Source: Eledone cirrhosa
Taxonomy: Eukaryota
Direction of reading: 5' to 3'
DNA length: 64,000 nucleotides
NCBI GenBank assembly: GCA_964016885.1
Contig: OZ024740.1
Span: forward strand, 49,600,001-49,664,000
Shown: piece by piece, positions 14,418 through 27,659 of the stretch
How the letters are laid out: each line of letters starts with the position of its first letter
Numbering within the stretch: position 1 is the stretch's first letter
Program-made: the position numbers and the translations under genes
Notes under the pieces: model-generated
What the model was told of the DNA's origin: nothing
The model's input: only the letters and a program-made list of their open reading frames with translations
The model's database searches: none

Positions 14418-16702
14418 CATACATACATAAATACATGCATAAGCATATACATAAGCATACGTGTACATGCGGATACTTGTACACAGTGGAGAGGATAAAC
14501 ATAAACCATTTCTTTCGTCTGGGTTTGTTTTTTTAGATTTAGTTCAATGGTTCGTAGGTCTGGCAGAAATCAGATACATCAGCAGTCAATGAGAGAATAA
14601 TGCTGACGATCAATATTTGGAGACAGTATTGTGCTATCTTTTCTTGCTAAAGATTTATAACAAAGTGATAATGAAGAATTTTGAGGATGCGTAGCGTTTA
14701 GTTAAGTTGTTGGTTGTTGCATAAGAAGCACGCGACTAGAAACCTCTCGATAACTCAAAAGATTAAAACCCTTTATCAACGAGGATCTCTCACAGCAAAG
14801 ACACACAGTCAAGATAGATATGCTCGCAGCTAAAAGACCAGTTCTTTTTTTTAATTCAGGACAAGAAAATACTTCAAACTTCAACATTTATTGACCCTCT
14901 AGACAATTCAGCTGAGACTGGTGCTTTCATTGGCATCCATGATTGCATCTAGGAGTAAGACGCACAGTTAAATCAACGTAAAGACATTTACATACACTCT
15001 TTAGTCCCTTGCATACATACGTCTCCTGCCTCTATATCTTCTACCGGTACTGCAATGATTTCTGTTCTGCGGAACTTGCTGGTCACATGTCACCTTCACT
15101 CAGGTACTCCCAATTCACTTGCCTTTTCTCCTCTCATCATCCATGTTATGTTCAACTCCACTACGCCTCTCACTAGCCATTCTATCCTGCCAAGAATATT
15201 GGTTCTCTGGAGTCCCTACTTGTCCGAGTCTTCACAAAAGGAGTGGTTCACAACAGTTTAAGCGTAACGCAAAAGGCATCAATCATCTCGGTTTTGGGAA
15301 GTTTTCTCTGAAGATTATGAGTACTGTCCTTTCTTCTAAACCTACTAAATAAAAAGAAAATCATTAGTCGCACTCTTGCTGTGCTAGGTCTCCTTTTGTT
15401 TTGTTTTTAACGATTTCTGGGTAGAGAGAAAGAGAGAGAGAGAGAGAGGGGGGGGGGGGGAGATTGACAGATAGACGGATAGACAGACAAAGATAGACAA
15501 AGTGACACCTAACGATATGGCGGGCGGAAGATAATAAAAATATTCATGATGACTAACGTATGATTTTCAAGGGAACGGCTTTTGGGTGCAAGTGTGTATA
15601 CAAGAGTTCACCAAAGATACACAAGTGAGGATGCATATGTGGAAGTATGCAGAATATATACTAATGCACGCACACGACCAGGTAGGCGTGTATATGCATT
15701 AGAAACTTCGTAACTTTTTTGTTAAAATAGTTATTCTTGTTTAAGAAAACGTCTGTTTCGAATTCCTCTTTCGTTTGATAAAATCATACGAATGTGCATA
15801 ATATCACGCATTTATTATAAGTAAAAATAAAATAAAGATGGTTTCCGGTGAAAATTGATATCACCAATTCTTAAACGTCAGTGTTTGATTAAACCTGAAA
15901 ATTGTGCCAGAATTTATAGGAGGAAATTATGGCTGTTTGGGAAGTTTCATGGTTGCAATCATTATTACGATAAGCATAAGATATCGTTCTCATTTAATGG
16001 TTAAATCTACCAAATATGCTGATAACTTATCTAATTTTTTTGCAATTTAGATAAGATATGCTTGTCGTCATTATATAGTTTAAAAGGATAGTCTTTCCAA
16101 CTGTAACTCACAGGAGTGAATTTTGAAAAAATTGTTTGGACTTGTGTCATAATACGAGTTAGTCTTATCAAACACTGAGTGTGTATCTGTGTGTGTGTGT
16201 GTGTGTGAGAGAGAGAGGGGGAGGGGAGAGAGTGTGTGTGTGTGTATTGAAAGATGTAGTATGGCAGATAGTTATGTGTGTGGGAACAAAGCCTTGATCG
16301 AACTTTAAAAAGATGTATTAATAAGATACAGCCAAATTACGTCAGTGACGAAAATTACAGAAATATAACGAAATGTGTTTATAATTCATATTAGATGATA
16401 CCATTATGACGTATAGGAAAATGAACGTAAGAGGACTTGTGTGGCAAAGAGGATTCTACCTTGACCTTATAATCAGATACTTTGGTTAAAATATTACGAT
16501 CTCGATATATTTCAGCTAACATAACATCTTAATAATCGCAAATTACAAGATGACTTTATGCTACCCTAAAACTAAATGAATACCTGGCATTACCCGGGAA
16601 ATATAGCAGTAACTTACCGACCTCGTTTAACAGGATTTTTTATACCCCTAAAATTATAAAGGAAATTACACATTCAAACAGACATATATATGTATGTACG
16701 CG

Positions 16703-16720
16703 CACACACACACACGCATA

Positions 16721-16780
<60 letters not shown>

Positions 16781-16781
16781 T

Positions 16782-16857
<76 letters not shown>
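16703..16857. repeat. Compound (GCAC)n/(CA)n/(TA)n microsatellite
   Basis: Direct reading of the sequence. Confidence 0.95.
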
Positions 16858-16858
<1 letters not shown>

Positions 16859-16958
16859 GCTATAGTAGTAAAGGTGAAATTGGATTGCGTTCACAGGCGG
16901 TATGCCAAGATGAGCACTCGATGATGCTATTGGGGAGCAGAGTATCAATAATAATAAT

Positions 16959-17166
16959 TAGGGAACAGAGAATCAGTATTGCATCATATATATATTTAAT
17001 TACATATTACGTATGTTTCATTGCCGATCAGCTCGGAGAACGATCGATTATATTCGTTCCTGACTCTAGTATCTAAAGCTCCTCAGATATATGTTCTTAC
17101 ATGTAGACTCACGTCCAAATGTTCATTAAATATGTATATGATGCAATGCTGATTCTTTGTTCCCTA
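16959..17166 (-). mobile_element. PLE-type terminal fragment with 42-bp inverted ends and a long-stem-II HHR motif (17003-17091)
   Basis: Arms 16959-17000 / 17125-17166 have 3 mismatches. Minus strand tatat-CTGAGGA-(about 60 nt)-GAAAC-atac-GTA-atatg. Confidence 0.6.
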
Positions 17167-17330
17167 GTATCGGTAGAGGGTCGGACGCCATGCTTTCTAG
17201 CATAGTTACGCCCCTTTACGGTCAGAGATCAAATCCCGTCAAGGTTAACTTTGCCTTTCATCCTTACGGGTCGATAAAATAAAGTACCAGTAATGTACTA
17301 GGTAATTGCTGGCCTTGTGCCAAAAGAAAC

Positions 17331-17335
<5 letters not shown>
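17167..17335 (+). mobile_element. tRNA-derived Deu/Nin-like SINE (5' clipped)
   Basis: Same family as 8420-8605 and 49766-49957. Confidence 0.85.
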
Positions 17336-17390
<55 letters not shown>

Positions 17391-17395
<5 letters not shown>

Positions 17396-17586
17396 AACCA
17401 GTAAGACCCCGACAGCTGAGCTCAAGCCGTTTCGACGGCTAATTCTGGAGTCCAGAATTAGCCGTCGAAACGGCTTGAGCTCAGCTGTCGGGGTCTTACT
17501 GGTTCCTATTACCCACTCTACTACCTCAAGTATTGAGTACTTTGGTGCGTTATGGTCCACCTGGTTCCTTACCACATTTCCTTCGT

Positions 17587-17587
<1 letters not shown>
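17391..17587 (+). mobile_element. About 140-bp TA-inserted element with a perfect 59-bp-arm fold-back (17391-17509)
   Basis: ataggaacc...aattctgga-g-tccagaatt...ggttcctat. Further copies at 29950-30035, 50078-50214 and 59141-59278. Confidence 0.85.
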
Positions 17588-17670
<83 letters not shown>

Positions 17671-17671
<1 letters not shown>

Positions 17672-18784
17672 TAGCTGACGTACCCAGCTTCGCCCGGGTA
17701 AACAGATGATTAGAGAAGACAGGTAAAAGAGAAAATGACTGTATTGGATGTTTGTCTGGTTACAATATGAGGCGAGTCCGTGGTGTCTTTGTGATGCAGA
17801 AAACAGTAAAAAAAAATCTTCCAGATATACCAGATTCTTCGTTGTACCGTTTGTGCATAGTATATGAACAATTCTAGGTGGTCCCACCTAGAATAGTGAC
17901 CTCTAGGAGATGATTCATCTTCTGCCTGACTGTAAAACGTGTATCATTGCATAGACGTGTTTGTTCCATGTTTCTCAAAAGGATGATGGAAGTTCCAATC
18001 TTTTATATTAGTAGATATAGATATAGATAATTAATATAAAAGATGATGCTCAGCCAGTTCGTCTTCAACCATCGCAGCATGCCGTCGCTGCTTGGCTCCA
18101 GTGTTTCGGTGGCGTTGTTCAGCCAGCTCCTCTTCATTCATGGCGGCACGTCTTCGCCTCTGAAGTTCGGCGTTCCGATGGCGCTGTTTTACCTGTTTTT
18201 CTTCATTCCTGACTGCACGCCGTCGCCACTGTAGTTCACTGTTTGATAAAGTCGAATTGCCTTTATTATCAGTATTCATTTCGAGCAATTGTCAAAAAAT
18301 GACACAATAATAAATATAAAAGATGTCGTCAATGTAAAAAAAAGGTCCCTATTTACTCCCTTCACAACTCTGTGTATGTTAGACTGACAGACAGGCACAC
18401 AGACAGATAAACTGCGTGGCGATTGTGGAACGCCACACACATACACGCATGGAAACGCACACATGCATGCAAACCTACACACGCACCCGTGCACTTACAC
18501 GCTCACACATGTTGATAGTTTTTACTTTCTGTGGCACGCTGCACGCACGCACACACACATAAACATACGCGCACGTACATACACATGCACACATGGTAAT
18601 AGTTACAGCGTTCTCTTTGCCTCTTTGTATCTTACTCTCCCCTCTCACTCCCTCATTGGCATTATGCATATTAATTTAAGTTTGGCGTCGTTGAGGTGGG
18701 CGGAGTCGTTTGAAACCTATGAACCAATGATAATCGAGAATTATGACACACGGAATACTGACGTTGTTCAAATTAATATATATA
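17671..18784 (-). mobile_element. Non-autonomous Helitron (internal deletion derivative), third unit of the tandem array
   Basis: Minus-strand 3' end acccgggcgaagctgggt hairpin plus CTAG at 17671. The 5' part is homologous to 24150-24766. Confidence 0.85.
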
Positions 18785-19514
18785 CTAGCTGACATACCCA
18801 GCTTCGCCTGGGTAAACAGATGATAAGAGAAGACAGGTAAAAGAGAAAATGACTGTATTAGATGTTTGTCTGGTTACAGTATGACGCGAGTCCGTGTTGT
18901 CTGTGTGATACAATAAAACAGTAAAAACATTTTTCCAGATATACCAGATTCTTCGTTGTACCGTTTGTGCATAGTATATGAACAATTCTAGGTGCTCCCA
19001 CCTAGAATAGTGACCTCTAGGAGATGGTTCATCTTGTGTCTGACTGTAAAACGTGTATTTGCATAGACGTGGTTGTTCCACGTTTCTCAAAAGGATGATG
19101 GAAGTTCCAATCTTTTATATTATATGTAGATATAGATATATATAATTAATATAAAAGATGTCCGTCAATGTAAAAAAGGTCCCTATTTACTTGAAATGGT
19201 TTATACAAATGCTAAATTAATATGGATATGGATAACATGCTTATCTATAAGTGGTCAGCTATAATAATAAAACAACAAATTATATGACACAAAAATTATT
19301 TAGTAATTTCCAGGCTCTTAGCCACTGAGTAATAGACAGTCAATGTTGCCCAGAGTTCAACTCGGGGAGGTGGCCTGGTTTGAACTCCAAATGGCGGATC
19401 CATCTACTTCGAAAATAGGATCGTTTTTCAATATTACTCTAGCCCTGGCCGGCCATAGGTACCAAACCTTTTGCCAGACTCAGCATGTGATGAGGTTTTA
19501 TTACCACCGCTATC

Positions 19515-19880
19515 AGAAGCGATAAATTTGAAGGCAATTTCTACCAATACTTGTTGGTTTTTATTGCTCATTATCGACAATAAATGAGATTGAACAGAAA
19601 TGATAACTCTGTCAAAGCTCACAATACTGATCAAAGGACACCAATGTCTGAATCATTTACGTCGAATATTCATAGCAGTGAAGCCAATTTCTACCAATAC
19701 TTGTTGGTATTTATTGCGCAACATAGCAGTGAGAGCAATTTTTACCAATACTTGTTTGTTTTTATTGCTCATAACGACATTAAATGACATTGAACATAAA
19801 TGATAACTCTGTCAAAGCTCACAATACTGATCAAGGGATACCAATGTCCGAATCATTTACGTCGCTTATTGATAGCATTA
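19515..19880. repeat. Internal tandem duplications in the Helitron 3' region
   Basis: caatttctaccaatacttgttgg..ttattgc occurs three times; aaatgataactctgtcaaagctcacaatactgatcaa..gaatcatttacgtcg occurs twice. Confidence 0.85.
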
Positions 19881-19894
19881 AAGATATGCATACA

Positions 19895-22800
19895 TCAGCT
19901 CAAAGCTTCATTATAGACAATATTCAGGGTTGTTCCTCTGTTAGTGGTATCAATTGCAAATTTTATACCATCAGGATCGCACACTCGAGATGCAGCAACA
20001 TACAGTTGCCCATGGCTGAATGCTGGATCATTCAAGTAGACACCGACTCGCTTGAAAGTCTGTCCCTGTGCCTTGTTGACAGTCATGGAGAAGGCCAAAT
20101 TGACGGGAAACTGTCTCCTTTGCCAAATGAATGGCAGCAGATCTTCACTTGGTCTCAGCATGATCTTCGGAATGAGAACCGATTCCTCTCTGCCTGGGAG
20201 TTTAGCTTCTAAAACTCTTCCGTTAATCAATGACTCAACATTTTATGATTGATATTTCTAAGCAATATAATCGGCATACCCTTTTTCAACCTCAAAATAT
20301 GTGGGGGAAATCCGGGTATTTGAAGTGAATTCAGATACTCAGTCGGAACACCCATATTGTTCTGCTGATTAGGCTCCATTGCATCCGCACTGAGGGTCAA
20401 CCATTCCTCTCCAGGAAACATTCCGGCTACTTGTGAATTTATTTCATCGACCGTTGCATTCGTATGAGTTAGAATAACGCGTTCCGATATCCAGGAGATA
20501 TTCTGCCAAAAAGCATTCAAATTAGCGAACACCCAGTCAATCAATGCTTGGCGGTCCAGTGGCATGACCAATGGTCTGGGATTCTTAGTCTGATTATCAC
20601 CAACGTGTGGCAATTCATCGTTTCCCAACGGCATCAACCATCGGCCGTGTGTTTCAGCCTCTTCGTTTTGCCCGAACATACGAAGTCGCATATTATCGTG
20701 TAATCGCAAAACTCTGAAATGGCGCCACAACGGGGACTCTTTCAGACATGCATCGACAATTTGCGCTCTTTGAGCATTCCTAACAATTGGTAGAACCTGT
20801 CTGAAATCGCCACCAAGAACGATAGACTTACCACCGAATGGCAGGTCACTATTGCAGATATCTGTCAAAGTTCTGTCCAATGCCTCCAGCAAATATCTGT
20901 GTGCCATTGCATTGGAGCCTCGTCCCAAATAATCAGAGACGTATTGCGTATAAGGCCCGCGAGTTCACTTTGTCCTGTAATGTTACAGACACTCAACTCA
21001 TCCGGAACCAATGGAGCCTTGAAGCATGAGTGGAAGGTCCTTCCACCACTCAGCAAAATGGCAGCGATCCCACTGGTGGCCACAGGGAGAGCAATCTTCC
21101 TCTGAGCTCTGACTGCCGATAACATAGTGTTGAAACAGAATGTCTTTCCGGTGTCTCCTGGAGTATCTATAGCACAAAGTTGCTCATTAGTGGAAATCGA
21201 GTGGAGAACGACATCGACCAATTCTCTCTGAGATTGGGTCAACATTGGCATACGTTCATCCAAAATACGTTGCTGTTCCAGTGGATCAAACTGGAATAGT
21301 TCCCTCCGATCGAGTGGCAACCGTCTAAGCTGCAATCTCATGTTCAATGCTAAGACACGTTGCCGCATTTCTTCATCAGGAATTAGCAAATTGAAATCTC
21401 TTAAACATTTCAATTGAACTTCAAGCAGTTGCTCAATATTTAGCAAAACAATAGCTTTCATCAAATTTTCATCATCGACCTGAAGATGATGCCTAAAATC
21501 ATCAGCCATAATTCCCCAATGGCGTTCAAATAACTCTCTCGGATCGGCAGGATTGCAGAATCCTAGAATCGTGACAAACAACTGCCTTATTTGAGCTGGC
21601 ATCTGTGTTGTTCCTGCAGCTTCCATGGCGTTATTCCATTCAGCGTCATCCTGAAAGAGTCCCAGATACTGACACACAGCATGGTATGTTTCATATTCCA
21701 CGCCATTGATTGTTTTCAAATCAGCGAAGCTCTGTTTACCTCTAGAAAAATCATTATGCAACAGAATTCGGAGATAAAACACATCACCAGATGCTGGATG
21801 GACATTACAAACCCGTCCAATAATCATGAATCTCAACTTTTGTTTTCTATCATTCCATTTCTTTCCCTTCTTATCCCACGTGTAGTGCGAAGGAAAATCG
21901 CAGTAGAGTTGCATTTGATCCGGGTTCAAAGCATGTTCCCTATTATGCTTGAACCACTCAGTCAATTCCGTCTTAGGAGCTGGTGCGTTAGCAATTCTTT
22001 CAACACCTCTTCTAGTGTCTTGAAAACAGACCATTTGCCTATTCTCTAAGTGAAACGTCAGTTTCTGAACGCTGGGTTTGCGTTCATTGAGATCAAAATC
22101 TAACAATCTCCAGCAAGCTTCGCTAGATCCAATCGAGCGAACATCCTGGAACCTGCCAACTTCATCTCCTTGGTCCGCTTCCTCATTCCTGACATTGATC
22201 ATTGCCCGATCACAACCTTTGTAAACATATTTGAATATATATTTGTAAGCTTTCACTGAGCTACAAATTTCCACATTAATATGACAACGATATTTCATAA
22301 TCAAATATGGATTGTATGGTACAACCCATTGATTTGTAACCTGTCGACCGTTTACATTTTCGACCAAACCGCCATCTGCAGGCGACCGTTTCTGTATGAG
22401 GGATGAGCATCCCCATCGTTCCAGGAAGTGTTCGTGACAAAAGATTTCGGAAAGTGCTTACTGCATTGGCCATTTTTCATGCAAGGCGCTTTCCGATTTG
22501 CCACTCCGCATTGGTTGTGCACCATTGACTTTGCCACCAAGTTGCGTAGTGCCTCATTCTCCGGCAGTTCAGCACACACAATGCTGTCGACATCCTCAGC
22601 ACATCTCAATTTGCAATCTCTATGTAAAATGATCAGCAAATGTGCATGTGGAAATCCTCTTTTTTGGAATTCAATTGCGTATGTAAAAGCAACTATACCT
22701 CCAAAGATTCCCTCTTTTTCCACATCATCCATTATCTTTTTCAGATATCCTTTGAATACTCTTGCCACAATATCAGGACGGTCCTTTGGCTGTTGTCCTG

Positions 22801-24387
22801 GCAAAAGTGCATCCTTAATATCAGTCCATTCAGGATTGCATGTAACCATTATAAACAAATCTGGCTTTCCAAAACTTTCTGACAATAGCCATTGCATCCT
22901 GATAGCGAATGTTCATATATCTCGGGCCGCCGATGAACGACGATGGCAAAATGATGCGTCTACCAATTTGCTTGTAATTGGCATCATCGGCTGTTATCAC
23001 ATCCTGTATATTATTATAAAATTCAGCTCTAATATGTTGCTGATGTGTATCTATAGAATTTAGCCTTTGATTTTCGATCTTTGCGAATGCCATACAACAG
23101 TATTCCTGGAACAATCTGCTGGCTTGAAATAGCGCATTTCTCTGTTGATTCCCCTCGTTCAAATGGAACGTGTAAAAGTCGCGAATCGAATTATTGTGTC
23201 TATTGCCACCTCCCTGTTGATGCTGATTCTCATGATCATCTATATGAACAGACATGTTCCATCCATTTTCACCTTTTGGGAATAAAAGAACATAATGCAA
23301 TGGATCGTATGCCCTATTTGATTCATTGATAGTCTTGAGACCACCATCTCTGCGATTGAGGACGATATCTCTCGATCCAGGTTTATCGTCCATCAACACA
23401 GCAACTTCACGAAATCCTTCAGGGGCATTATCTCACCGTTCGTGTTGATTCCTTGGCACTGCGTCAAGCCTTAATCACCAATGTTTGCTGCTGAACATTT
23501 TGCAGTTCAGCCACCAACATGAAATCTATAACATAAGGATTACACTGTCTAAGCCATGATTGCAAATCACGGATCAAATCACTTAACCTTTACCGTTCAA
23601 GTTCAGTTATATTTCCCGACAACTTCATCCAACCGATCCTGAAATCCTCCTCCGATTCACTATAATCTGGATCGTTAACGTAAATTTGAGCGAATCGAGG
23701 CCTCTCTCCTTCTAAATTACCGATACAATGATACAAACGGCCTTGAATGACTACATTCGATTGCCATGCTCCACTCTCAAACATCACTAACTCTCTGCGA
23801 TGCTAAAGCTAATGAATTGTTAATTTGCCGCGAATATTTGCGCAGTAATTTACCTCGGTCTCCTTGATCACTCCACATACTTAGTATTTTAAACCCCGGA
23901 GACTCCTCATCATCCGGCATTCGCAAGTGTTCTAGTTGAACTGCTCCTTTATGACAGCACATTGTGGTCCACGTCTTTTCGTGGCTCCAAAGCAATGCTC
24001 CACAATGTGGACACTCTGCTCGACCACCAATCTGAAAATGACACGGTTGCTATGATCCATTTTTAATATCATTCGTTCGCCTTCTAGCCTCTTTACTGGA
24101 ATGAGGAGCACTTTGGCTACACATTCTTCTGTATTGCGCTGAAGCAGTTCAGCCAGTTCGTCTTCAACCATCGCAGCACGCCGTCGCTGCTTGGCTCCAA
24201 TGTTTCGTTGGCGGTCTTCAACCAGCTCCTCTTCATTCATGGCGGCACGTCTTCGCCTCTGAAGTTGGGCGTTCCGATGGCGCTGTTCGGCCCGTTTTTC
24301 TTCATTCCTGGCTGCACGCCGTCGCCGCTGTAGTTCACTGTTTGATAAAGTCGAATTGCTTTTATTTTCAGTATTCATTTCGAGCAA
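19895..24387 (-). pseudogene. Helitron RepHel (HUH Rep plus PIF1-family SF1 helicase), broken by several frameshifts and stops
   Basis: ILPSSFIGGPRYM, FIMVTCNPEW, EFQKRGFPHAH (HUH), KYIFKYVYKG, DTPGDTGKTF (degenerate Walker A), IIWDEAPM, GGDFRQVLP, TVNKAQGQT, SHGQLYVAASRV. Confidence 0.95.
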
Positions 24388-24766
24388 TTGTCAAAAAATG
24401 ACACAATAATAAATATAAAAGATATCCGTCAATGTAAAGAAAGGTCCCTATTTACTCCCTTCACAACTCTGTGTATGTTAGACTGACAGACAGGCACACA
24501 GACAGATAAACTGCGTGGCGATTGTGGAACGCCACACACATACACGCATGGAAACGCGCACACGCACGCAAACTTACACACGCACACATGTTAATAGTTA
24601 TTGAACACAGCGTTCACTCTCCCCTCTCACTCCCTCATTGGCATTATGCATATTAATTTCACTTTGGCGTCGTTGAGGTTGGCGGAGTCATTTGAAACCT
24701 ATGAACCAATGATAATCGAGAATTATGACACACGGAATACTGACGTTCCTGAAATTAATTTATAGA

Positions 24767-25608
24767 CTAGCTGACGTACCCAGCTTCGCCTGGGTAAACA
24801 GATGATAAGAGAAGACAGGTAAAAGAGAAAATGACTGTATTGGATGTTTGTCTGGTTACAGTATGAGGCGAGGCTGTGGTGTCTGTGTGATACAAAAAAC
24901 AGTAAAAAAAATCTTCCAGATATACCAGATTCTTCATTGTACCGTTTGTGCATAGTATATGAACAATTCTAGGTGGTCCCACCTAGAATAGTGACCTCTA
25001 GGAGATGGTTTATCTTCTGCCTGACTGTAAAACGTGTATCATTGCATAGACACGTGTTTGTTCCACGTTTCTCAAAAGGATGATGGAAGTTCCAATATTT
25101 TATATTATATGTAAATATAGATATAGATAATTAATATAAAAGATGATGCTCAGCCAGTTCGTCTTCAACCAACGCAGCATGCCGTCGCTGCTTGGCTCCA
25201 GTGTTTCGTTGGCGTTGTTCAGCCAGCTCCTCTTCATTCATGGCGGCACGTCTTCGCCTCTGAAGTTCGGCGTTCCGATGGTGCTGTTTTGCCTGTTTTT
25301 CTTCATTCCCGGCTGCACGCCGTCGCCGTTGTAGTTCACTATTCGATAAAGTCGAATTGCTTTTACTTTCTGTGGAACGCTGCACGCACGCACACATAAA
25401 CATACGCGCACGTACATACACACGCACACATGTTAATAGTTACAGCGTTCACCTTGCCTCTCTGTTTCTTACTCTCCCCTCTCACCCCCTCATTGGCATT
25501 ATGCATATTAAATTAAGTTTGGCGTCGTTGAGGTGGGCGGAGTCGTTTGAAACCTTTGAACCAATGATAATCGAGAATTATTACACACGGAATAATGACA
25601 TTGTTGAA

Positions 25609-25612
<4 letters not shown>
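24767..25612 (-). mobile_element. Non-autonomous Helitron, first unit of the tandem array
   Basis: Same 3' hairpin and CTAG (24767) and same deletion junction (ataaaagatgatgctcagccag) as 17671-18784. The 5' end runs into (TA)n. Confidence 0.85.
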
Positions 25613-25665
<53 letters not shown>

Positions 25666-25671
25666 CATACA

Positions 25672-25835
25672 TAGTAGAAGACTGGTGGATTATATCCGTA
25701 GTAGTAGACCACTCAGTCCATGGGACGAGTTTGGTAGAAGTAGTAACACAACAGTTAGTTCACCATACCGAGAACAAATGTTTCACCTTATTCGGTTCCT
25801 CATCTCAGTATGGTGATCTAACTGTTGTGGAACTA

Positions 25836-25839
<4 letters not shown>
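25672..25839 (-). mobile_element. PLE pseudo-LTR fragment with a degenerate HHR (25769-25807)
   Basis: Reverse-complement homology to 29355-29480; microsatellites on both sides. Confidence 0.7.
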
Positions 25840-25874
<35 letters not shown>

Positions 25875-26329
25875 ATTAATGTGACGATAACGGAAAATTA
25901 CCTATTATCCAATATGTCATTCTTTATAAAAGGCCGTGTTGTGTGTGAGTGATTTGAGTGAGTGGCTTTTACTTCTGTTCAAAACAGAACACAGGTTCTG
26001 TAATGTATCTTAAATATGTATACTTGCGATTGTGAATTACTTTACATTGGAAGCCTCCCGTTTTATTGTATCTTCATGGCAAAATATTTTCGTTCTTTCC
26101 ATATATCTGAGACCAATGAATATTTGAAATCACGTGACACACCAGCAACTTCAATAATGCACGACCTTTTCTTCCCATATTTAAATAACACTTTCTTTAT
26201 TCCTATATTTAAATAACGAAAGTATTTAAAGAGAGGAAGTATTTGTTTTTATTCAATTTCTTTTTCCTATTTTCATTGGTTAAAATATTTACAATCTCGA
26301 TTATATATGTTAATTTTTATGCGTTAGTA

Positions 26330-26549
26330 GGGCGGTGTATTGGCAGAATCGGTGGAGTGTCGGACAATATGCTTTATGGCATAGGATTACGCCCCGTTAC
26401 GATCTGAATTCATATCCTGCCAAGGTTAGTTTTGCCTTTCATCCTTACGGGGTCGATAGAATAAAGTACCAGTAATGTACTGGGGTCGAGTTAATCGACT
26501 TCTCTCCATCCCAAATTGCTGGCCTTGTACCTAACGTAGAAACAATTAT
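26330..26549 (+). mobile_element. tRNA-derived Deu/Nin-like SINE, full length
   Basis: gggcggtgtattggcagaatcgg head; gcctttcatccttacggggtcgata core; attatatatgttaattt duplicated near both flanks. Confidence 0.85.
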
Positions 26550-27006
26550 ATATGTTAATTTCTAATTATTTCTTTGTGAAAACTGTTCGTTTTTACATCT
26601 GCGTCTGTGAGTGTGTGTTACACATTGTGTATGAGCCTTTCAATGTATTGTTTATAAGTAGGAATGTTTCGGCTATTCTATGTTTTGCGCGTTTATCTTC
26701 AGATTGTGTTGTTTGTGTGTCTGTTTCCGTAAGTATCTCTGTGTTTAAGCACGCGTGTCTTTCTGTTTATTGGCTCTCTTCCATCGGCGGTTGCAAATAT
26801 GTTTTCCTTGTTGATTTTTTAAAAGACCGTAATATTCTTTATCTTTGAAAACACCAGTTCAAGAAATATACTGAAAGTCAATTTGGGAAAAGGACTTATC
26901 TTTAAAAGTATATTAGACGTAAGTCTTTTCCAGTACAATGACCAGAGTGCGCGAAAATTCAAGGAATATACTAACAGAAATAACGTCACACAATTTTAGT
27001 AATATA

Positions 27007-27287
27007 CTATCAGAATGGCCCGGCGTTGCTCGGGATTTGCTCTGGGTAATTATATATTTGATATATATTTATCCTTATCGAGCCTCGTGAAATAAATACG
27101 TTTGTTTATATTTTGTTATTGCGTATGCAAAAATATCTGAACACGAATATATAATTATATATATATATATTAAAATAACAGATTAAAGTTTAAGCAAAGG
27201 ATCGCTGCTTTCACCCTTAACAGGATGTTCTGAAACTCAAATCAATCTTTGAACGCAGAAGTAAATATTTCGAAAAACGTTACACAC

Positions 27288-27366
<79 letters not shown>

Positions 27367-27659
27367 CCTCATAATGTCGTAATGCAGACAGACAGACATA
27401 CAGAAAGATATTATAAGGGTGCAACGTTATATCTATGTATCTATCTAAAAAGAAAGACTAAGAATTATAGAGAGAGATCGCTAAATCGCCTAATGCGGTC
27501 CCTAGGGCATTGAAAATTTGAAAATCTTTTTTCTCGAAACACTCGCAGGACCATAAGTATTACATGTGTAAAGTTTGAAAACAATCGGTTGGGTGGTTCT
27601 CGAGTTTTAGGGAGTCAGACAGACAGACAGACAGACATTCTCTGTTTTAGATATATAGA
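27007..27659 (-). mobile_element. Non-autonomous Helitron-like element interrupted by PLE terminal fragments (about 27050-27280) and (CA)n
   Basis: Minus-strand 5' tctatatatctaaaacagagaatgtctgtctgtc; 3' cccgagcaacgccggg hairpin with a degenerate CTAG. The insert matches 32225-32343 and 45258-45295. Confidence 0.6.

Larger units (their letters stand above)
18785..24766 (-). mobile_element. Autonomous-type Helitron (about 6 kb), decayed
   Basis: 5' TC at 24766-24765; 3' hairpin plus CTAG at 18785; encloses RepHel remnants. Confidence 0.92.

Noticed and set aside
14500-15350. Non-repetitive sequence with possible splice signals (for example 14902-14954)
   Set aside because: No coherent open frame or recognisable domain.
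19515-19880. Repeat-spacer-like pattern (CRISPR?)
   Set aside because: Irregular degenerate tandem duplications inside a eukaryotic Helitron; no cas genes.
20838-23329. Plus-strand ORFs overlapping the Helitron (and similarly those opposite the RTE and PLE ORFs)
   Set aside because: Antisense shadows of the real minus-strand coding frames.
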